A DNA stretch of 64,000 bases. Source: an uncultured Eggerthellaceae bacterium. GTDB taxonomy: Bacteria > Actinomycetota > Coriobacteriia > Coriobacteriales > Eggerthellaceae. Of this stretch, positions 19,220 through 26,365 are shown in pieces (position 1 is the stretch's first letter; every line of letters starts with the position of its first letter). The DNA lies in contig CAJOIP010000017.1 in assembly GCA_905234785.1 (NCBI GenBank), positions 24,494 through 88,493 on the forward strand, in the 5' to 3' direction. Under the pieces are notes generated by a model. That model worked only from the letters and a program-made list of their open reading frames with translations. It was not told where the DNA came from and did no database searches. The translations under genes and the position numbers were made by a program.

Positions 19220-20568
19220 TCGAGGGCCTCCGTGACCTCTTCGGCAAGCAGGATGCGCGGCAGCGGCAGGGCGGCGCCGATGATGGCCGCAAGGCCCATC
19301 CAGAACACGCCCTCAACCGGGAAGCACAGGAACAGGACTGCCAGCACCAGCAGCGGCTTGCGGATGACGCCGGCCAAAAACGCCGTGGTGGTGACCGTGA
19401 CCATGAGCATGGGGTCGGCGCCCGTCAGCGCAGCCAGGCCGTAGCCCGCCGCCACGCCGGCGAAGATGCTCGGGAAGAAGTTGCCGCCGATCCAGCCCAT
19501 GTTCAGGCACATCGGCGTGATGACGGCTTTCAGCAGGCCCGTGCCCAGCAGCACGGCCGCGCCGAGGGTCATCCACATTCCCATGAGCTCTTCGGACTGA
19601 ACTTCGCCTGGGAACAGCACGTACGGCAGCGCCATGGCGACCGCGCCCATGATGACGCCGGCGATGATGGGCGGCACCACCGTGCCGGCCATGCCGCCGC
19701 CGAAGTACCGGGAAACTCCCTGGAACAGGCGGGCGGAACCGTGGAACAAAAGCGTCATGACATAGGCCACGATCAGGCACGGGATGATCCAGAGCAGCTC
19801 GGCGTACGTGGCGGTGATGGCCTCGAAGCGCGGCAGGCCGCCGGTCGTGCCGAAGATGGAGTTGAACACCGCGATGCCGCCGAACGCGCCGAACGCGGCG
19901 GCCGTGTACAGCACGATCTTCGCGCCACGGCGCATGTTGTAGTCGTTCACGTCGGGCTCTTCCAGCACGTTTTCCCCATCGGCGGGCGCGCTTTCCGCGC
20001 CGGCGACGATGCCCGCGAGCGGCGTGCCGAAGATGGCGGAAATGCTGGCGGCGATGGTGACGTCGGCCACGGCGGCCTCGCGCAAGCCCGCTGCCTTCAG
20101 CTTGTCGCGGATCCAGCAGCATCCGGCCGTGATGAGCCCCGTCAGGCCCGCCTCGAAGCCGATCGAGCCGCCGAACACGAGCGGCAGCAGGAACGTGACG
20201 ACGGGTTTCCACACGCCTTGCGTCTGGTAGTTGCCCGTGGCCTTGAACTCGGCCATGACCTCTTCGAGCGGACGCACGCGGTCGTTCGACCACCACGTCC
20301 ACAGCCCGATGACCGCGCCGCCCAGCGTGCACACGACCAGCGAGAACCACGGCACGGCGAGCGCGCCGCCCGCGCCCTTCCACAGAAGGTCGGTTAGCCA
20401 TGTAGAGAGGTTCATGACGCAGTACACGGCAAATCCGATGACGAACCCGACCGCAAGCGCCAGCACCACCAAGCCGATGGTGATGGTGGCGGCGTCGATC
20501 GCGCTTTCGGGCTTGCGCCCCACATCGCCAATGTACGGCCGCGGGTCTCTGTTCCGTTCTCGAGGCAT
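19216..20568 (-). CDS. ClC-family voltage-gated chloride channel/transporter-like protein
   Basis: Polytopic protein with ClC-like motifs GGSIGFEAGLTG, GIFGTTGG and GGNFFPSIFAG. Its stop overlaps the K+ channel start (ATGA). Confidence 0.7.
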   Translation of the reverse strand: MPRERNRDPRPYIGDVGRKPESAIDAATITIGLVVLALAVGFVIGFAVYCVMNLSTWLTDLLWKGAGGALAVPWFSLVVCTLGGAVIGLWTWWSNDRVRPLEEVMAEFKATGNYQTQGVWKPVVTFLLPLVFGGSIGFEAGLTGLITAGCCWIRDKLKAAGLREAAVADVTIAASISAIFGTPLAGIVAGAESAPADGENVLEEPDVNDYNMRRGAKIVLYTAAAFGAFGGIAVFNSIFGTTGGLPRFEAITATYAELLWIIPCLIVAYVMTLLFHGSARLFQGVSRYFGGGMAGTVVPPIIAGVIMGAVAMALPYVLFPGEVQSEELMGMWMTLGAAVLLGTGLLKAVITPMCLNMGWIGGNFFPSIFAGVAAGYGLAALTGADPMLMVTVTTTAFLAGVIRKPLLVLAVLFLCFPVEGVFWMGLAAIIGAALPLPRILLAEEVTEALE

Positions 20569-20588
20569 AGGGGCCTTTCTTGTTTATC

Positions 20589-20650
20589 GTAGGGACGCTC
20601 TCCAAACGCCCGTCAGCCATACTAGGCGGGCGCTCGGAGAGCGCCCCTAC
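20589..20650. repeat. Family B long palindrome
   Basis: gtagggacgctctccaaacgcccg - 14 nt - cgggcgctcggagagcgcccctac. Confidence 0.8.
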
Positions 20651-20675
20651 GGGCCAACTCGCAAGTCTTGCCTTT

Positions 20676-21914
20676 CTAGTTCGCGCGCGAGGCGCTGTCG
20701 GGGTTCATGGTCATCGACTGGAAGCGGTTCGTCATGAAGTCGTTGTCGAAGTTGTCGTTGCAGAACTGCGTAATGGCCGAGGCGTGCTCGTAGTCCATCG
20801 TGCCGGCTTCTCGCTGGTACCAGCAGTCGAACGCCGCCAGCGACAGCACGCAGTCGACCAGCATGAGCGCCGCGCATACGGTGGTGACGGCGTAGCGCCA
20901 GTTCCACGGAATGAGGTTCACGACCTTCAGCATGATGGGCATGACGAGCTTCACCCACACCAAGCCGAGCACGCCCCACATGCACATGAACATGAAGTTG
21001 GTGCGGCCGTCGATGTTCAGGAACGTGCCCGTGTAGTCCCAGGCCACGATGCCGAACGCCGTCTCGAAGAACCAGCTGACGAAAAACTCGAACGCGCCGC
21101 CGATGATGGCCGCCACCAGGAAGATGAGGAAGAAGTTCTTGTCGTGGAAGCGGTTCAGCGCGATGGTCATGAGCACGGCGCCCACGCCGTAAATGGGGCT
21201 GAACGGGCCGTACAGAAGCCCGGCGCGGTCTTGGTAATGCCCGGGGTCGACCACGACCATGTGCCAGATGACCTCGAGGACAAGGCCCACGACGCAGGCG
21301 ATGACGAATATCCAGAACAGGTTGAAGAAGTTCAGCTTTATGTAACCCTCGCCTGTGGTGTCGAGGCCCAGCGTGCCGTCTTCGGCTTCTTGGCGCGTTT
21401 CCATCTTGCGCAGCTTGTGCTGCAGCTCGCGCTCTTCGGCCAGCGTCGGGTCGGAATACGACTGCACCGCGATGAGGATGACGATGCTGATGCCCATGGG
21501 GATGAGGCGGATGTTCACGCCCCAGATCATGAACTCGCAGATAAGGATGACGACCGACAGGGCGATCATGATGTTGCACAAGAACGCCGCGCGTTTGCGC
21601 AGGCCGCGCAGCAAGCGCACGCCCAGGAAGAAGAACAGGACGGCCAGCACGATGGCGCCCACGATGGCGATGGCGGAAATGACCAGCGTCGTCGCCGTGT
21701 ACTCGTGCACGACTTCGGCGATTTCGTCGCGTTGGACGAACTCGACGATGCCGCGGATGAGCTCGACGAGGGCGGAAACGCCGCCGAGCACGCACAGCAC
21801 GCCGTACAGGCGCAGGAACCACGGGTAGCGTTCCCTCTCGTTCCACTGCTCGGTTTGCCTGATGGTCTTGCCCTTGCCCTCGAGCTCGTTTTGCACGTTC
21901 GCTTCGTCTGCCAT
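20676..21914 (-). CDS. Polytopic membrane protein with a C-terminal DUF1113-like ('putative ABC-transporter type IV') region
   Basis: ..GGAFEFFVSWFFETAFGIVAWDYTGTFLNIDGRTNFMFMCMWG.. resembles PF06541-type proteins. The start is taken at MADEANV (ATG 21914, RBS AGAAGGG), because the track start at 22046 would overlap cydB. Confidence 0.5.
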   Translation of the reverse strand: MADEANVQNELEGKGKTIRQTEQWNERERYPWFLRLYGVLCVLGGVSALVELIRGIVEFVQRDEIAEVVHEYTATTLVISAIAIVGAIVLAVLFFFLGVRLLRGLRKRAAFLCNIMIALSVVILICEFMIWGVNIRLIPMGISIVILIAVQSYSDPTLAEERELQHKLRKMETRQEAEDGTLGLDTTGEGYIKLNFFNLFWIFVIACVVGLVLEVIWHMVVVDPGHYQDRAGLLYGPFSPIYGVGAVLMTIALNRFHDKNFFLIFLVAAIIGGAFEFFVSWFFETAFGIVAWDYTGTFLNIDGRTNFMFMCMWGVLGLVWVKLVMPIMLKVVNLIPWNWRYAVTTVCAALMLVDCVLSLAAFDCWYQREAGTMDYEHASAITQFCNDNFDNDFMTNRFQSMTMNPDSASRAN

Positions 21915-22011
21915 GCGGTTGCCCTTCTCTTGTGGATATGGTCGTATTCTACCAAGCAACCGCGAAACCAGCTTGCGAGGCGCGTTGGCCTTTTGGGAAG
22001 CCCCCTTCAGG

Positions 22012-23040
22012 CTAGTGCTGCGGTTCGTCTTCGGAAACGCGGCCACGGAACGTGCGGTACACGATGACGTGGTACACCAGCACGAGGGGCACGCCGATGC
22101 AGGCGATGCCGGTCATCCAGGTGAGCGCCAGCTCCGACGAGGCGGCCGTGGCAACCGTGATGGCCGGGCCGATGCTGTCTGCTGATGCGACGACCAGGTT
22201 CGGGAACATCGACGTGGCGCACAGGAACGTCAGGGCGACGGCAGCTGCCGACTGGGCGACGAACACGTGCACGTCGCGACGCTCGTCGCGACCCCAGTAC
22301 ATGCCGAGCACCATGCCCAACAAGAAGACGATGACGCATGCCCAGCGCACGATGTTCAGCTCGGGGACCATCATCGGGCGAATGATGAAATGCCCGTACA
22401 GCGACACGAACACGAAGATCAGCAGCGCGACGCCCTGCAGCACGGCGCGCATCTTGGTGGCGCGGTCGCGCAGCGCAGACGTTTCGGGCGCCTTCAGGGC
22501 GATCCACGATGCGCCCGCACAGCAGAACATGGCCAAGCCCAGCAGACCGCATAGCAGCGTGAACAGCGTGATCAGGCCCAGCAGCGGAACACCGTTGTAG
22601 TTGCCGGCGGCGTCCATGGGAATGCCGGCGTAAATGTTGCCGACCGCCACGCCGAGCAAAAGCGCCGGCAGCAGCGAGCCGATGAAGAAGCAGGCATCCC
22701 ACACCTTCGACCATGCGCGGTCGCGGGCGGCGAATTCCACCGACACGGCGCGCAGGATGAGCCCGAACAGCACCAGCATGATGGCCAGGTAGAAACCCGA
22801 GAACGTGGTGGCGTACGCCGGCGCGAACGCGGCGAACAGGGCGCCGCCGGCCGTGAGCAGCCACACCTCGTTGCCGTCCCACACCGGGCCGATGGCGCGG
22901 CGGATGACCGATTTCTCGCCTTCGGTCTTCGCGATGAACGGGTACAGCACGCCCGCGCCCAAGTCGAAGCCGTCGAGCACGAAATAGCCTGCGATGAGCA
23001 GGAAGATCAGGAAGAACCAGAGGATGCCGAGCGCCGTCAT
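22012..23040 (-). CDS. cydB: Cytochrome bd ubiquinol/menaquinol oxidase subunit II
   Basis: [35 protein letters not shown].. and ..[23 protein letters not shown]-like motifs. The start overlaps the cydA stop (ATGA). Confidence 0.9.
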   Translation of the reverse strand: [342 protein letters not shown]

Positions 23041-24560
23041 CGCACATCACCGCCTTCCCCTTCGGCGAGGGCTTCTGCAGCGGGCACCTTCCCCACCGCC
23101 GCCGTGGCGACGGCAGGCGCCACTTGCGCTTCCTTCTCGCCCACGATCTTGTCGATGACCGACGGGATGACGTCGATGCCGTCTTCGGGCGACGCGCTTT
23201 CGGGGCCGGCCTTCACGAATTTGGTCGTCAGGCGAATCCACGCCACGAACAGCAGCAGGTACACCGCGCAGAACAGCACGATGGTGAGCAGCAGCTCGGG
23301 CGCCGAAACCGACGTGGACACCGCGTTCTCGGTCAGCAGCGAAACGCCGTCGGGGCTGCTTGCCGCCGGGTACACGACCCACGGCTGGCGGCCGAGCTCG
23401 GCGGTGAACCAACCGGCCTCGATGGCCGCGAACGGGAAGATGGGCGAAATGACCAGCAGCTTCTGCAGCCATTTCCAATCCTGCAGCTTCTTGCGCGCAA
23501 GGGCGATGGCCGTCAGCAGCAAGATGATGACGAGCACGCCCGACACGGCGACCATGAGGTGGTACACCTGGAAGATGGCGTTGACCGGAAGCTCCGACAC
23601 GTTCAGGTCGCCGTACTGCTCGGTTTCGGCGAGCGTGTTCAGGCCCGGGTACACCGTATCGAAGTTGAACGTTGCCAGGAAGCTGGTGAAGCCCGGCAGG
23701 TTGGGGCCGATGACGGTCTGGTTCTCTTCGTCGACCCAGCCGAAGAAGTACAGCGGCGGGGCCTCGTCAACGTATTGCGCTTCCATGGCGGCGAGCTTCG
23801 TCGGCTGTTCTTCCCATACGGTCACGGCCGTGGCGTGAGCCGATGCGAACAGCGCGACCGTCGCGACGACGGAAACGACAAGCCCGGTCTTCATGGTTTT
23901 CCTCGCGAAGTCGAGGTGCTTGCCCTTCAGCTGGTAGTACGCGGCGATGGAAAGGGCCACCAAACCGCCGATGACGAGCGCCGCCAACACGGTGTGGAAG
24001 TAGCGCACGCCCGTGGTGGCGTTGAACGCCGCGGCGAAGAAGTCGGTGAGCACGGCTTTCGAGCCGTCGGCCGCCAGCTCGGCGCCTGCGGGGGTCTGCA
24101 TCCACGAGTTGGCGATGAGGATCCACAGGGCCGACAGGCACGAGCCTGCCCACACAAGCCAGGCGCTCGCGCAGTAGAACGTACGCCCCACCTTGCCGCG
24201 ACCGAACAACAGCACGCCCAAGAACACCGATTCCAGGAAGAACGCGAACAGCGCCTCGGCCGCCAGCGGCGCACCGAAGATATCGCCCACGAAGCGCGAG
24301 TAATCGGCCCAATTGGTGCCGAACGAGAACTCCATGGTAATGCCCGTGGCAACGCCGACCGCGAACGTGGTGGTGTAAATCTTGATCCAGAGCTGGCTGG
24401 CCTTCTCGTCGGCCGGGTCGCCCGACTTGTACGCACGCGTGGCGGCGATGGCCGTGATGAGCCCGATGCCGATTGAAAGCGGCACGAACACGAAGTGGAA
24501 CGCCACTGTTAACGTGAATTGCAGACGCGAAAGAAACACCACGTCAGTAAAGAGTTCCAT
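23037..24560 (-). CDS. cydA: Cytochrome bd oxidase subunit I
   Basis: ..LSRLQFTLTVAFHFVFVPLSIGIGL.., ..GAPLAAEALFAFFLESVFLG.. and the Q-loop region ..WMQTPAG.. are present, with the C-terminal ..ELGRQPWVVY motif. Confidence 0.9.
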   Translation of the reverse strand: MELFTDVVFLSRLQFTLTVAFHFVFVPLSIGIGLITAIAATRAYKSGDPADEKASQLWIKIYTTTFAVGVATGITMEFSFGTNWADYSRFVGDIFGAPLAAEALFAFFLESVFLGVLLFGRGKVGRTFYCASAWLVWAGSCLSALWILIANSWMQTPAGAELAADGSKAVLTDFFAAAFNATTGVRYFHTVLAALVIGGLVALSIAAYYQLKGKHLDFARKTMKTGLVVSVVATVALFASAHATAVTVWEEQPTKLAAMEAQYVDEAPPLYFFGWVDEENQTVIGPNLPGFTSFLATFNFDTVYPGLNTLAETEQYGDLNVSELPVNAIFQVYHLMVAVSGVLVIILLLTAIALARKKLQDWKWLQKLLVISPIFPFAAIEAGWFTAELGRQPWVVYPAASSPDGVSLLTENAVSTSVSAPELLLTIVLFCAVYLLLFVAWIRLTTKFVKAGPESASPEDGIDVIPSVIDKIVGEKEAQVAPAVATAAVGKVPAAEALAEGEGGDVR

Positions 24561-24801
24561 CGCGCACCTCCTCGTCGTCGATCAGTAAGAAAAGGTGCAT
24601 AAATGATATCACAAAATCTGCACAATTACCGCAGCTTCCTGTGGGCGCTGGGGTTTGCGCAATCTAGGTGTTTGGCCTTTATTCACGCAGATTAGAGCAT
24701 CTTTTAGCACTTTATTGTGCGGGTTTTAGGCATATGAGTAGAGTTTGCGCACTATTGGGAAGAATGTTCGGGCAGCCCACGGGAATCCTCGCGTTCAACG
24801 A

Positions 24802-24867
24802 CCGCCCGCAGGTTAAGCCCGTAGGGGCGCAGGGGTCTGCGCCCCTATGGGGTCGACCTGCGGGCGG
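24802..24867. repeat. Family B nested palindrome
   Basis: ccgcccgcaggt..cccgtaggggcgcaggggtctgcgcccctatgggg..acctgcgggcgg, between the hypD stop and the cydA promoter region. Confidence 0.75.
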
Positions 24868-24897
24868 CCTTGTTATTGTCAGCAGCGGTGGCGATGC

Positions 24898-26073
24898 TTA
24901 GTAGTAGCGGTAATAGGCGGCGCAGCTGCCTTCGCTGCTTACCATGCAGGGGCCGATGGGGTTTTCGGGAGTGCAGACCTTGCGGAACAGGGGGCAGTCG
25001 TTCGGGGCCATGATGCCGCGCAGCACGTCGCCGCAGCGGCAGCCCTTCGGCTCGACGGTCGGTTCCACGTCGGGCTGGAAGCGGCGCACCGCGTCGAAGG
25101 CGGCGTACTCGTCGCGCAGGCGGTAGCCGCTGCCGGGAATGTCGCCCAAGCCGCGCCAGGTGGCGGTGCAGGTTTCGAAGACCTCGCTTATGGCGGCGAC
25201 GGCGTTCGGGTTGCCCTCGGGCATAACGCCGCGCGCGTAGGCGATTTCGATTTCCGAGCGGCCCTCGTGCAGCTGGCGCATGATCATGGCAATGCCCTGC
25301 AGCACGTCGACCGGCTCGAACCCGGTGATGACGCCGGGGATGCCGTAGCGCTGCGCCAGGAACTTGTACGGCTCGACGCCGATGATGGTGCTGACGTGCC
25401 CCGGCAAGATGAGCGCGTCGATCTTCAGCTGCGGGTCGGCCACGATGGCTTCCAGGGCACCGGGCATGTTCTTGTGCGCCGCGAAGATGCTGAAATTGGA
25501 AAGCCCCAGGTCGGCGGCGCGCTTCACCGCACGCGCCACGAGCGGCGTGGTGGTTTCGAAGCCGACGCCCACGAAGACGACCTGCTTGTCGGGGCTCGCC
25601 TGGGCAAGCGCGATGGCGTCGAGCGGCGAGTACACGATCTGGATGTCGCGCCCCGCCGCCTGCTCGGCCAGCAAGCTGGACGTGGAGCCGGGCACGCGCG
25701 TCATGTCGCCGAACGTGGCGATGGTGACGCCCGGCACGCGCGCGAGCGCGATGACCGTGTCGATGTCGCGGTTGCACGTGACGCACACCGGGCAGCCCGG
25801 GCCGCTGGCGAGGCGCGTTCCCTCGGGCATGAGGTCGCGGATGCCGGCGCGCGCGATGGAGACGGTGTGGGTGCCGCACACTTCCATGAGCGTGGCGCCG
25901 CCTTCGGGCGAGAAGCGCTCGATGGCGCGCACAAGGTCGCGTGCGAGGTTCGGGTCTTTGAATTTGTTAAGCGTGCTTTCCGTCGTAGGGGCGCTCTCCG
26001 AGCGCCCGTCAACCGTGGCAGGCGGGCGCTCGGAGAGCGCCCCTACGGTTGACCTGGAACCCTCGCCGGCCAT
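24898..26073 (-). CDS. hypD: [NiFe]-hydrogenase maturation protein HypD
   Basis: ..MEVCGTHT.., ..GPGCPVCV.., ..GFETT.., ..PGHVS.. motifs. The start ATG overlaps the hypC stop (TAATG). The first ~30 codons are repeat-derived (see findings). Confidence 0.9.
   Translation of the reverse strand: MAGEGSRSTVGALSERPPATVDGRSESAPTTESTLNKFKDPNLARDLVRAIERFSPEGGATLMEVCGTHTVSIARAGIRDLMPEGTRLASGPGCPVCVTCNRDIDTVIALARVPGVTIATFGDMTRVPGSTSSLLAEQAAGRDIQIVYSPLDAIALAQASPDKQVVFVGVGFETTTPLVARAVKRAADLGLSNFSIFAAHKNMPGALEAIVADPQLKIDALILPGHVSTIIGVEPYKFLAQRYGIPGVITGFEPVDVLQGIAMIMRQLHEGRSEIEIAYARGVMPEGNPNAVAAISEVFETCTATWRGLGDIPGSGYRLRDEYAAFDAVRRFQPDVEPTVEPKGCRCGDVLRGIMAPNDCPLFRKVCTPENPIGPCMVSSEGSCAAYYRYY
25985..26046. 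repeat. Family B long palindrome located inside the 5' coding end of hypD
   Basis: gtaggggcgctctccgagcgcccg - 14 nt - cgggcgctcggagagcgcccctac, translated as ..STVGALSERPPATVDGRSESAPT.. Confidence 0.85.
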
Positions 26074-26336
26074 TACACCAGCACCTGCTCGCCGGTTTCG
26101 TTGAACAGCGGGTCATCGACCATGTCGGCCATGGTCTGGATGAGCTCGAGCGTCTCTTCGGCGTACTGCTGGTCGACGACTTCGATGGCGAAGCCCGCAT
26201 GAACGAGCACGAAATCGCCCACTTGCGCCTGCGGCGTTAGGTCGAGCGCCGCGTCGCGCTCGGCGCCCATGGCCGTGACGCGCGCCATGCCGTCGTCCTT
26301 GATTTCCAGAATCTGCATTGGTACTGCCAAGCACAT
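26073..26336 (-). CDS. hypC: Hydrogenase maturation chaperone HypC
   Basis: MCLAVPMQILEI.. is the canonical MCL(A/G)(V/I)P N-terminus. RBS GAGGGAGG. The track start at 26411 is an upstream extension. Confidence 0.85.
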   Translation of the reverse strand: MCLAVPMQILEIKDDGMARVTAMGAERDAALDLTPQAQVGDFVLVHAGFAIEVVDQQYAEETLELIQTMADMVDDPLFNETGEQVLV

Positions 26337-26365
26337 GATGAAGCCTCCCTCGGTTTTGCGCCATT

